Shown here one piece after another: positions 1-8,316 of a DNA stretch of 37,971 bases; within the stretch, counting starts at the first letter, position 1; the number at the start of each line of letters is the position of its first letter. This stretch comes from a bacterium. Lineage in GTDB: Bacteria > Acidobacteriota > Blastocatellia > HR10. The translations under genes were made by a program, and so were the position numbers. Location: contig JBEPZV010000023.1 in assembly GCA_041640655.1 (NCBI GenBank), positions 1-37,971 on the forward strand. The letters are read 5' to 3'. A model generated the notes under the pieces. It made no database searches. It had not been told where the DNA came from and saw nothing but the letters and a program-made list of their open reading frames with translations.

Positions 1-2
1 TC

Positions 3-134
3 TTCGCCTATGATCCCGGGACGAAGCTCTTGAAGTTCCTCTACTATTCTGAAGCCCGGGAGAGCGATAACCCGTACACGTCGTACGTCTACGAGCGGTG
101 GCTCTTCTTCCGGGTCCGCATGCGTTCGCTATAG
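3..134 (+). CDS. 3' end of an upstream protein of unknown function (partial)
   Basis: Open frame from the window edge, FAYDPGTKLLKFLYYSEARESDNPYTSYVYERWLFFRVRMRSL, ending TAG at 132-134, 29 nt before the next gene on the same strand. Protein-like composition. Confidence 0.55.
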   Translation, partial: FAYDPGTKLLKFLYYSEARESDNPYTSYVYERWLFFRVRMRSL

Positions 135-163
135 GGGGCACGCGAAGAGAAGGAGGATGGAAG

Positions 164-3100
164 ATGCTTGGGAAGTATGCTCAATCGCGCGTCGGAAGGG
201 TGTTGGGCGTTCTCGCCCTCATGGTCGCCGTTCTCGGAGGTGGCGCATGGGGGCTGGATGGGTCTCATGCACTCAGGACGGTCGCAAGTGGGCTCGCGCA
301 GGATGCCGGAGTGCGCGGCGTTTCTCCCCTTGCGGAGCAGCTTGAGGCGCATGCCGCCGGCGGAGGCTTCGTCCTTGTCGAAGGAGTGGATGGAGAGGTC
401 GTTTGCCGAGAGGCGACACCGGAGGAAGCTGCGTGGATGCAACGGCGTGATCCGACCGTGCCGCTTCATGTGATCTCGCCTCTTCGCACGAGCCAGCAGC
501 AGACGGGATTACGCATCGTCTTGCGCGCGACGCCGCAACTGGAGCAATTCCCTCAAGCGAAGGCCGCCTTCCTGCGTGCGGCGCAAACGTGGGAGCGACT
601 CATTCGAAACCCCATCACCATCGTGCTGGATGTGGACTTCGGCCCGACGCGATTCGGCCAACCCTATCCGCAAGGGGTCATTGGTTCGACGAGATCGCAG
701 GAGATCGGGGGTCAGAACATTTATCCCGATGTTCGGACCCAATTGCTTCGCGGAGCGTCTCCTCAGGAGACAGCGGTTTATAACGCTCTCCCTCAGGGGC
801 AGGTCCCCACTGACCTTGGCCCGACGGCAGCCGTCTTCGCTCCTTCTGCCGTCTTTCGCGCCCTAGGGTTGATCCCCCCCGTCGCCGATCCGGATGGGGA
901 GCGCTCGCGTTTCGGCGATCCCCCCTCCATCGGGTTCAACTCGAATGTGCCATTCGACTTCAATCCCGATGATGGGATTGATCCGGACAAGATTGATTTC
1001 GATGCCACGGTTGTGCACGAGATCGGGCACGCGCTCGGATTCACGTCCTGGGTCGGAGTTCGGGAGCTTGATCCCTCAGCTCCAGTGGCGGTGAGCGTTT
1101 GGGATCTCTTCCGCTTTCGCCCAGGGGTGACGTTGGCGGCGTTCTCGACAAGGCAGCGAATTCTCTCTTCGGGGGGAGAGCACGTCTTCTTCGCCGGGCC
1201 TCCAGAGCTGCCGCTCTCCACAGGACGGCCGGATGGCTCCGGTGGGGATGGTCAGCAGGCGAGCCATTGGAAGGATGATGCCCTCACGGGACAATACATC
1301 GGCATTATGGATCCTACGGCCACGCGGGGGAGAAGGGAGACGATCACAGAGAATGACCTGAGGGCGCTCGACTTCATGGGCTATCAGGTGGAAGCGCAAG
1401 CTCAGCCGCCTCCCGGCGGTGACGTCGTGGATTTGACCTCGGGCGTGCCGCAGACGGGCTCGATCCCGGCACCCTCGCAACCGGGAAATGGCGTGCTGGG
1501 ATCGCCGCAATACCGAATCCAGGTCCCGGCTGGAGCCACCCAGTTGCGCGTCCAATTGCAGGCAAGCGGGGCTCAAGACGTGGATCTCTACGTCCGCTTC
1601 GGGCAGAAGATCGAGATTCAGGGGGGACGGGTCGTCGCCGATTACGTCTCGGAGTCTCCCACGGGGACGGAGACCATCACGGTGACTCCCTCCAGCTCTC
1701 CGCCGCTCCGGGAAGGTGCTTACTTCATCGCCGTCGCCAATTTCGGGCCTGGGGCAGCCACCTTCACCGTGACGGCGACCGTGAGTGGCGGCCAACCGCC
1801 GGCTCAACCCGACATAGACGTTCAGCCGACAGCGGTGGACTTTGGGAGCGTCACCGTGGGCTCGACGGCGGATCGCACACTGACTGTGCGGAATGTGGGC
1901 AATGCGTCGCTGACGGTCACGGGGGTGAGTATTGACAATCCGCGCTTCACAGTCGTCTCGCCTGCGACGCCGTTCACGGTGAGCGCGGGAGGGCAGCAGG
2001 CGGTGGTCGTGCGGTTTGCGCCGGCGGTGGTTGGAGTGCAAAGTGGGACGTTACGCATCCAGAGCAACGATCCTGACGAGGCGACGGTCACTGTGAGTCT
2101 GACCGGGCAGGGCGTCGCGGCTCAACCCCCGCCGTCGGGGCGAACGCTCAGCGTGCCTGACGCTTCGGGAGAGCCCGGGCGCACGGTCACCGTTGCCGTC
2201 AATCTCTCCGAGGGAAGCGGGATCTCGGCGCTCTCGTTCACACTGAGCTTCGATCCGGCGATCCTCTCGATCGCGGGGTCGTCGGCCGTCTCGCGCGGGT
2301 CGCTCGTGCCGGACATGTTCTCGATCAGCGCGAACACGGCGACAGCAGGGCGGGTGCAGGTCGTCATCTCACCGCCGCTCACTTCGCCGCTGCCGACATT
2401 CCGAAGCGGAAGTGGATCAGTCGTCACGCTCACCTTCCAGGTCGCCTCGGGAGCAGCGCCGGGGACGACGAGCCCCCTCACGCTCTCCGGCATCTCGGCT
2501 TCGGACGCGAATGCGAACGCAGTCCCCATCACGCCGCAGAACGGGACGTTCACCGTGGGGGTTGTTCGGACTCTGGCCGTCGCGGACGTGCAAGGGGCGG
2601 CTGGAGCCACGGTGAGCATTCCGATCACGCTCTCGGAGGGAGCGGGCATCTCAGCCTTACAGTTCACGCTCGGCTTCGATCCGGCGATCCTGATGCCGAC
2701 GGCGAATCCGGTGGCGTTGGGATCACTCGTGCCGAGCACATTCACCGTGAGCGCGAATACCGCGCGAGCGGGACAAATCACCGTGGTGATCTCGCCGCCG
2801 CTCACTTCGCCGCTGCCGACGTTCAATTCAGGAAGTGGCACAGTCGTCACCCTCTCGTTCCAGGTCGCCGGCAGCGCCACTCCGGGAGCGACCAGCGCGC
2901 TCGCGCTGTCGAACATCTCGGCATCGGATCGAAACGCCAATCCCATAGCCGTCACGGCGCAGAATGGGAGATTCACAGTCCTCGCCGTGCGGCGAGGGGA
3001 CATCAATCAAGACGGCGTGATCAACGTTCAAGACTTGATCCTGCTGATTCGGCATTTGACAGGGGAGAGTCCGCTGACGGGGGTTGCGCTTCAGGCTGCC

Positions 3101-3637
3101 GACGTCAACGGGGATGGGCAGGTGAACGTGCAGGATGTCGTTCGTCTCATTCAGCATCTGACGGGCGAGCGTCCGCTGGCGATCGGTTCGCCCGTCGAGA
3201 CGGAGGCGACGCGGGACCTCCCGATACGATGGGTGACGATCGGCGAACGGTTCTGGTCGGAGGGAGCGATCGTCGTGCCCATTGTGATCAGCGACGCAGC
3301 GGGAGTAGCGGGGGCGGAAGTGGTCATCGAGTATGATGCGACAAAGGTGCGCCCGGCGGGTGACCCCGAGGACTGGGTGAGGGCTGAGTGGCTTCCGCCG
3401 GGATTTCGATGGTACGCGCGTGAGGTGGAGCCGGGACGCTTGAAGCTCGTCCTCGTGCCGCCGGTGCATGCGCCGCTTCCGACACTGCCGGGCGGGATGC
3501 GCGCGCTTGCGCATGTGCGATTTGTCCCTGTGCCGGGAGTGCAGTGGCAAGAGCTTGAGACGGTGCCCGTGCGCGTGCGTCGCCTTGTGCTCGCCGATCG
3601 CGAAGGACGTCTGATCCCGGCGAAAGGGGAGCCGTAG
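164..3637 (+). CDS. Secreted modular zinc metalloprotease (NF038122-like HExxHxLGF domain) with PPC, Ig-like (choice-of-anchor D/ASH type), two cohesin-like, dockerin-like and C-terminal degenerate cohesin-like domains
   Basis: AGGAGG at 151-156 precedes ATG 164. Signal peptide (RVLGVLALMVAVLGGGAWG). HEIGHALGF from 1016, then SHW..GIMDP. PPC motif DVDLYVRFG..YFIAV. DFGSVTVG..LTVRNVGNASL..SNDPDE. Two ~141-aa repeats with FTLxFDPAIL. Duplicated Ca-loop GDINQDGVINVQD / ADVNGDGQVNVQD. Confidence 0.85.
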   Translation: MLGKYAQSRVGRVLGVLALMVAVLGGGAWGLDGSHALRTVASGLAQDAGVRGVSPLAEQLEAHAAGGGFVLVEGVDGEVVCREATPEEAAWMQRRDPTVPLHVISPLRTSQQQTGLRIVLRATPQLEQFPQAKAAFLRAAQTWERLIRNPITIVLDVDFGPTRFGQPYPQGVIGSTRSQEIGGQNIYPDVRTQLLRGASPQETAVYNALPQGQVPTDLGPTAAVFAPSAVFRALGLIPPVADPDGERSRFGDPPSIGFNSNVPFDFNPDDGIDPDKIDFDATVVHEIGHALGFTSWVGVRELDPSAPVAVSVWDLFRFRPGVTLAAFSTRQRILSSGGEHVFFAGPPELPLSTGRPDGSGGDGQQASHWKDDALTGQYIGIMDPTATRGRRETITENDLRALDFMGYQVEAQAQPPPGGDVVDLTSGVPQTGSIPAPSQPGNGVLGSPQYRIQVPAGATQLRVQLQASGAQDVDLYVRFGQKIEIQGGRVVADYVSESPTGTETITVTPSSSPPLREGAYFIAVANFGPGAATFTVTATVSGGQPPAQPDIDVQPTAVDFGSVTVGSTADRTLTVRNVGNASLTVTGVSIDNPRFTVVSPATPFTVSAGGQQAVVVRFAPAVVGVQSGTLRIQSNDPDEATVTVSLTGQGVAAQPPPSGRTLSVPDASGEPGRTVTVAVNLSEGSGISALSFTLSFDPAILSIAGSSAVSRGSLVPDMFSISANTATAGRVQVVISPPLTSPLPTFRSGSGSVVTLTFQVASGAAPGTTSPLTLSGISASDANANAVPITPQNGTFTVGVVRTLAVADVQGAAGATVSIPITLSEGAGISALQFTLGFDPAILMPTANPVALGSLVPSTFTVSANTARAGQITVVISPPLTSPLPTFNSGSGTVVTLSFQVAGSATPGATSALALSNISASDRNANPIAVTAQNGRFTVLAVRRGDINQDGVINVQDLILLIRHLTGESPLTGVALQAADVNGDGQVNVQDVVRLIQHLTGERPLAIGSPVETEATRDLPIRWVTIGERFWSEGAIVVPIVISDAAGVAGAEVVIEYDATKVRPAGDPEDWVRAEWLPPGFRWYAREVEPGRLKLVLVPPVHAPLPTLPGGMRALAHVRFVPVPGVQWQELETVPVRVRRLVLADREGRLIPAKGEP
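2141..2980 (+). repeat. Tandem intragenic duplication encoding two cohesin-like domains
   Basis: Protein repeats RTLSVPDASG..NGTFTV and RTLAVADVQG..NGRFTV. Identical 26-bp DNA segment ccgccgctcacttcgccgctgccgac at 2372-2397 and 2795-2820 (423 nt apart). Confidence 0.85.
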
Positions 3638-3656
3638 TGCGTGAGCCAGCCGTATA

Positions 3657-3768
3657 AAGCCTGCGGAGCGGGGGCTCGCGTGTGGAATGGAGTTGGGCTC
3701 ACAATGAGGGTTCGCTCCGCCCGCCTTGGGCTAACTTCAGTCGTCCCCTTCGGGAGCTCGCGGGCGGA
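3657..3768. repeat. Possible degenerate REP-like palindromic intergenic element between convergent genes
   Basis: gcggagcg (3664-3671) is complementary to cgctccgc (3713-3720). Also the imperfect hairpins agggttcgctccgcccgccttgggcta and gtccccttcgggagc. Only one copy in the window. Confidence 0.35.
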
Positions 3769-3804
3769 AAGGGGTTGGGCTCAGGGCGTGCGCCGTCCTC
3801 AGCC

Positions 3805-4566
3805 TCACCGTGCATCCGGGTGCACGTCGGCCGCTCGTCGCAAGCAGATGAAAAATTCTTTGTTCCCCTCGCTCCCGAGGATGGGCGATTCCATGATGCC
3901 CGTGCAGACGAGCGAGAGTTCGCCTTCGGCGAAGGCGCGAATCTTCTCAACGGCGCGCCGGTGCTTCTCGGGATCTCGCACGATCCCTCCTCTGCCCACC
4001 TCCCCACGTCCTACTTCGAACTGTGGTTTGATCAGGGCGAGGATCACCCCCGACGGTCGCACCAGTGGCGCCGCTGCCGGGAGGATCTTCGTGAGCGAGA
4101 TGAAGGAGACATCAATCGTGATGAGGTCGAAGCGCGTGGGGAAGTCCTCGGGCTTCAGATAGCGGGCGTTGACGCCCTCGCGCACGATGACGCGTGGGTC
4201 CTGGCGCAGGCGCCAGTCGAGCTGACCGTGGCCAACGTCTACAGCGTAGACGAGGCGCGCGCCATGCTGCAGGAGGCAATCGGTGAACCCTCCGGTCGAA
4301 GCGCCGATGTCCAGACAGACCAGTCCGACGACCGCGATATCGAAGGTGCGCAGCGCGGCTTCGAGTTTCAGGCCGCCGCGGCTGACGTAGCGCAGTGAAG
4401 GGCCGTGAATCTCGATGCGCGCCTCTTCGGCGACGAATTTCCCCGGCTTATCCACACGGTGGCCGTCTACGAAGACTTGTCCGGCGAGGACGAGCGCCTG
4501 CGCGCGCTCGCGCGTCTCGGCAAGCCCTCGACGGACGAGCAGACGGTCAATGCGTTCGCGTCCCAT
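3805..4566 (-). CDS. tlyA: TlyA family RNA methyltransferase
   Basis: S4 domain start (RERIDRLLVRRGL), YVSRGGLKL, LDIGASTGGFTDCLLQ, DVSFISL, LIKPQFE, GSEGNKEF. Confidence 0.95.
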   Translation of the reverse strand: MGRERIDRLLVRRGLAETRERAQALVLAGQVFVDGHRVDKPGKFVAEEARIEIHGPSLRYVSRGGLKLEAALRTFDIAVVGLVCLDIGASTGGFTDCLLQHGARLVYAVDVGHGQLDWRLRQDPRVIVREGVNARYLKPEDFPTRFDLITIDVSFISLTKILPAAAPLVRPSGVILALIKPQFEVGRGEVGRGGIVRDPEKHRRAVEKIRAFAEGELSLVCTGIMESPILGSEGNKEFFICLRRAADVHPDAR

Positions 4567-6163
4567 CCGGAGGGGTATCCACCTGAAGCCGATGCTCCAG
4601 ATTGGCGATGCGCCACGCGGTCGCGAAGATCAACCGCCCGATGCGGGCCATCTTCTCGAAGTCAAGCTTCTCCGTATCGTCGGTCGGCCGATGATAATCC
4701 TCGTGCAGACCGGTGAAGTAGAAGATCACGGGGATGCCCTTCTGCGCGTAATTATAGTGATCGCTGCGGTAGTAGAGGCGCTGCGGATGATCCTCGCGGT
4801 TGTAGCGATAATCGAGAGTGAACCGCTCGGTATCGCGATTCGTCTGCTCGCTCAACTCGTGCAGCTCCCGGCTGAGCTTGTCCGAACCGATCAGATAGAG
4901 CGTGTTCGCGTCGGCGAGTTCGCGATTGGCGGGATTGGTGTCGTTCGGAGCGCGCGTGCGCCCTACCATGTCCACGTTGAGATTCGCGACGATCGCGCTC
5001 AAGGGAACCGTGGGATGCGCGACGAAATATTTCGATCCGAGCAGGCCCACCTCTTCCGCCGTGTGAAAGATGACGAGGATCGAACGCTTGGGTCGTTCGC
5101 CGATGGTGAACGCTTGGGCGATCTCGAGCACGGTCGCCGTGCCGGAGGCATCATCATCGGCGCCGTTGTAGATCTGCCCATCGCGCGCCGGCAGGTGATC
5201 GTAGTGGGCGCTGAGGAGAACGTATTCGTTCCGTCGTTGGGGATCGGCGCCGTCCAAAATGCCGATGACGTTGGCGGCCGATTGTCGTTGCGTCTCGAAC
5301 GCGAGCGTCACCGTGGCGGTGAGGCCGAGGGGCTTGGATTCTGGTATCTCGGCGGGCGTGAGCGGGTGTTCCGGCGAGAGACCCAGCGCTCGGAGCAGAT
5401 CTTGTGTCAGGCGGGTTTCGGCCAGGAGGATGGGGAAGGAGGAGGCCAGGCGCGCGTCCTCTTCCGCGAGGGTGATGCGCGGCGTGAGCCCTGCTCCTCG
5501 GAACCCGCGCATCCCTCCGGCGCCAGGGGCATCGCGCAGCAGCAGCAAGCCCGCCGCGCCGTGGGCTCGAGCCGCTTCGATCTTGCGCTGAACGGGATAC
5601 TCCGACGCGCTGAGCGCGCGGCCTTCCCGCTCCAGCGCGGGCAGCCCCTGCAGCAAGGCGACGGCGAGCTTCCCCCTCACGTCCACCTTCGCGTAGTCGT
5701 CATAGCCCCATTCGGGGAGCGTCACGCCGAAGCGCACGAAGACCACCTCTGTGTGAAGGTGCACCGGCCCCATTCCCCCGAAGGCGATGAAGTCCGTTCC
5801 GTAAGTGTACCGCTGTTTCCCCGTGGGTGTGACGATCTCCAGGACGGATTGATCCGGGAGCAGCCGTCGGACGACGATCTCGAACGTTTGGAAGAACGAT
5901 CCATCGGCCGCGCCCCCGCGAAAGCCGTAGCTCCGCAGCCGGGAAGCCAGGTAGCGAGCCGCGATCTGAATCGAATCGCTCGCCACATATCGTCCGCCGA
6001 GTTCGTCCGAGGCGAGGAACTCCACATGGCTGCGCAATTCAGCCGGGGTGATGCTCTCCATCGCCGCCGCTGGAGGCAGCGGGAGCGTCGCCCAGGATCG
6101 AGATCCCGCCCCTGCGGTCAAGAGCAGGAGGATGAGCGCGAGATACTGCTTCCCCTGTCGCAT
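4547..6163 (-). CDS. Secreted M28 family metallopeptidase with PA domain
   Basis: Start reassigned to ATG 6163 (AGGAG upstream, signal peptide MRQGKQYLALILLLLTAGAG). Motifs SAHYDH, NGADDDASG, HTAEEVGLLGS, NVDMVGR, RSDHYNY, HEDYHRPTD. Confidence 0.92.
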   Translation of the reverse strand: MRQGKQYLALILLLLTAGAGSRSWATLPLPPAAAMESITPAELRSHVEFLASDELGGRYVASDSIQIAARYLASRLRSYGFRGGAADGSFFQTFEIVVRRLLPDQSVLEIVTPTGKQRYTYGTDFIAFGGMGPVHLHTEVVFVRFGVTLPEWGYDDYAKVDVRGKLAVALLQGLPALEREGRALSASEYPVQRKIEAARAHGAAGLLLLRDAPGAGGMRGFRGAGLTPRITLAEEDARLASSFPILLAETRLTQDLLRALGLSPEHPLTPAEIPESKPLGLTATVTLAFETQRQSAANVIGILDGADPQRRNEYVLLSAHYDHLPARDGQIYNGADDDASGTATVLEIAQAFTIGERPKRSILVIFHTAEEVGLLGSKYFVAHPTVPLSAIVANLNVDMVGRTRAPNDTNPANRELADANTLYLIGSDKLSRELHELSEQTNRDTERFTLDYRYNREDHPQRLYYRSDHYNYAQKGIPVIFYFTGLHEDYHRPTDDTEKLDFEKMARIGRLIFATAWRIANLEHRLQVDTPPDGTRTH

Positions 6164-6389
6164 AGCCTCGCTCCTTTCGCTGAGTCTCACTGCCGTCGCG
6201 AAAGTGATATTATAGCCGGAAGCTCCGCGAGATCGAGAGCGCGCGCTCACATTTTTTCCAAGTCTTTTTCGCCTCATGTTCCGTCTAAGAGGGGTGAGGC
6301 GAACGAGGGAGCAAGGGCATTCGTCGCGAATCGCGTCGGCGGTGGCTTTTCCCGGGCGGGAGGGCATGGGGATAATAGAGGACGACGGC

Positions 6390-6935
6390 ATGGAGTTGAG
6401 CGATGAGCACATCGTCGAGCGGGCGCGCAATGGGGAGACCGAGGCATTCGGGATACTCGTGACGCGATGGGAGAGGCGCATCTACAGCCTGGCGCTGCGC
6501 CTGCTCGACCATCCTGAGGACGCACGCGAGGTGACGCAGGAGACATTCCTGGCGGCGTTCCGAAAGCTGCATCAGTTTCGCGGCCGCGCGCGGTTCTCCT
6601 CCTGGCTCTATCGCATCGCGCTCAACTGCTGCTACGATCGGCTTCGGGCGCGTCGCGCTGAACCCGTCGCTCTGGAGGAAGCCGACGGTTTGACGGCGGA
6701 GGAGCACGTGCTCGATCGTATCCAGCAAAAGCAGATCGCCGAACGCGTGCGTCGAGCCGTGCGCGCCTTGCCTCTGGAGATGCGACAGGTCATCATCCTG
6801 AAGGAATACGAGGGGCTGACGTTCGAGGAGATCGCCGAGATCCTCGACATTCCGGTGAGCACGGCCAAGACGCGCTTGTACGCCGGTTTGGATCAGTTGC
6901 GGAAGCGGCTGGAGAGATGGAAAGAGGCGTTATAA
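6390..6935 (+). CDS. ECF RNA polymerase sigma factor (RpoE/SigW-like)
   Basis: DAREVTQETFLAAFRKL, FSSWLYRIALN, region 4 EGLTFEEIAEILDIPVSTAKTRL. Start set at ATG 6390 after GAGGA; ATG 6366 is the alternative. Confidence 0.93.
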   Translation: MELSDEHIVERARNGETEAFGILVTRWERRIYSLALRLLDHPEDAREVTQETFLAAFRKLHQFRGRARFSSWLYRIALNCCYDRLRARRAEPVALEEADGLTAEEHVLDRIQQKQIAERVRRAVRALPLEMRQVIILKEYEGLTFEEIAEILDIPVSTAKTRLYAGLDQLRKRLERWKEAL

Positions 6936-6960
6936 GTTCGCTGACGGGAGGACGGACCCG

Positions 6961-7662
6961 ATGAATGAGGAGAAGACGCCGTCCCAGATGTGCGAGATGA
7001 GCGAGAGGCTCATCAGCTATCTCTATGGGGAGCTGAGCGCCGAAGAGGCCTCGGCGTTTGAGGGGCACATGGCGACGTGCGCGCGATGCGCGCAGGATGT
7101 GCGCGATTTCGAGCGCGTGCGTCGAATGCTTGGCCATTGGCACATGGCGCCGGGATCGCGCCTGGAGTGGGCGTTCGGAGAGGGACCGGAGCGCGCGAGC
7201 GTCCGGCACGCTGCGCGGCAGTTCTTCCGCGCGATGCCCGTCTGGGGGCGCCTGGCGCTCGGCGCCGCGATGGTCCTGCTCGTGCTGGCGCTCTTCAATG
7301 TTCGCGTGGAGTGGACGCCGGCGGAAGGATTTCGATTCCGCGCGAGTCTCTTCCCCGAGCGCGCGGCGGAGCCGGCTCCGATCTCCACCCTGTCCGCGCG
7401 GGAGCGTCAACAGCTTCTGGCGCTCATTGAGGAGCGGATTCGCGAGTCCGAGACGCGCCAGCAGCAGGCGCTCGCCGCACAGCTTGAGGCTCTGGCCGAG
7501 CGCCTGCGTCGGGAGCAGCACACGGCCCTGGCCGGATTCGCCCAGGAGTGGGAGACCGCGCAACGCGCCCAATGGGCGATCCTGCTGCGCGAGCTGGAGC
7601 GACGCCGATATGGGGCCTTGACATTCGCCGACCTCTTCTTCCCCGGCGATGATGGGCGTTGA
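6961..7662 (+). CDS. Zinc-binding (zf-HC2/ZAS) membrane anti-sigma factor
   Basis: LISYLYGEL..HMATCARC (HxxxCxxC), one TM helix (LALGAAMVLLVLALF), directly downstream of the ECF sigma gene. Confidence 0.88.
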   Translation: MNEEKTPSQMCEMSERLISYLYGELSAEEASAFEGHMATCARCAQDVRDFERVRRMLGHWHMAPGSRLEWAFGEGPERASVRHAARQFFRAMPVWGRLALGAAMVLLVLALFNVRVEWTPAEGFRFRASLFPERAAEPAPISTLSARERQQLLALIEERIRESETRQQQALAAQLEALAERLRREQHTALAGFAQEWETAQRAQWAILLRELERRRYGALTFADLFFPGDDGR

Positions 7663-7680
7663 CCGCCGAATGGAGGGACT

Positions 7681-8235
7681 ATGCGATCACGAGCATTCCT
7701 GGTCCTCATGCTCATCGGCGTGTGGGGGGGAGAACCTCTGCTCGCTCGCCAGGCCGCGCAGAGGCTCGCGGCGCCGTCACGCGATCCGGGCGTTCAGGAG
7801 CCCGCGCTTCCGCCAGCCGATCAGGCGCCTCGACCGGGCCAAATCCTCTTGACTCGAATGGCGATTCTGCGCCTGCTCCAATTGAGCCCGGAGCAATGGC
7901 GGCGCATCCGCGAGATTCGCCTCCGCTACGCTCCGCAGCTCCTGCAGCTGCGCCAAGAGGTCGAAGAGCGTCGGGATGCGCTCCGGGGGGTGATCTATGG
8001 AGAGACACTTGACTCCAATCGCGTGGAACAGCATCTGCGTGAGTTCTTGGAGAAGCAGGGGGCCCTCATTCGCTTGGAGACGCAACTGGAGATCGAATTT
8101 CGGCAGATTTTGACCCCGGAGCAGTTGGCGAAGTTCCGCGAAATTCAGAGCGAAGAGTTGAACATTCGACGCCTGCGGCGCGAGCTGCGCCAGCGCGAGG
8201 AGCGGCTGCGCGAGCGGCTCCGGCGCGGCTCCTGA
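7681..8235 (+). CDS. Spy/CpxP-like periplasmic helical protein
   Basis: Signal peptide, two LTxxQ-type motifs (LQLSPEQ, ILTPEQ), coiled-coil composition, GGAGG RBS. Confidence 0.75.
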   Translation: MRSRAFLVLMLIGVWGGEPLLARQAAQRLAAPSRDPGVQEPALPPADQAPRPGQILLTRMAILRLLQLSPEQWRRIREIRLRYAPQLLQLRQEVEERRDALRGVIYGETLDSNRVEQHLREFLEKQGALIRLETQLEIEFRQILTPEQLAKFREIQSEELNIRRLRRELRQREERLRERLRRGS

Positions 8236-8316
8236 GCGGGTGATTTGGCCGGATCATTGCGCGGCGACCTCCCCTTGACGCTCTCGGCGTTCATCGGCGA
8301 TATTTCTAAGCTGCCG

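Noticed and set aside
98..163. GTG start at 98 for the protease
   Set aside because: It overlaps the upstream ORF. ATG 164 has an AGGAGG RBS and puts the signal peptide at the N-terminus.
4415..6406. 663-aa plus-strand ORF
   Set aside because: Antisense shadow of the M28 peptidase with no motifs, as expected in high-GC DNA.
6164..6481. N-terminal extension of the M28 ORF
   Set aside because: It overlaps the divergent sigma gene. The signal peptide and RBS point to 6163.
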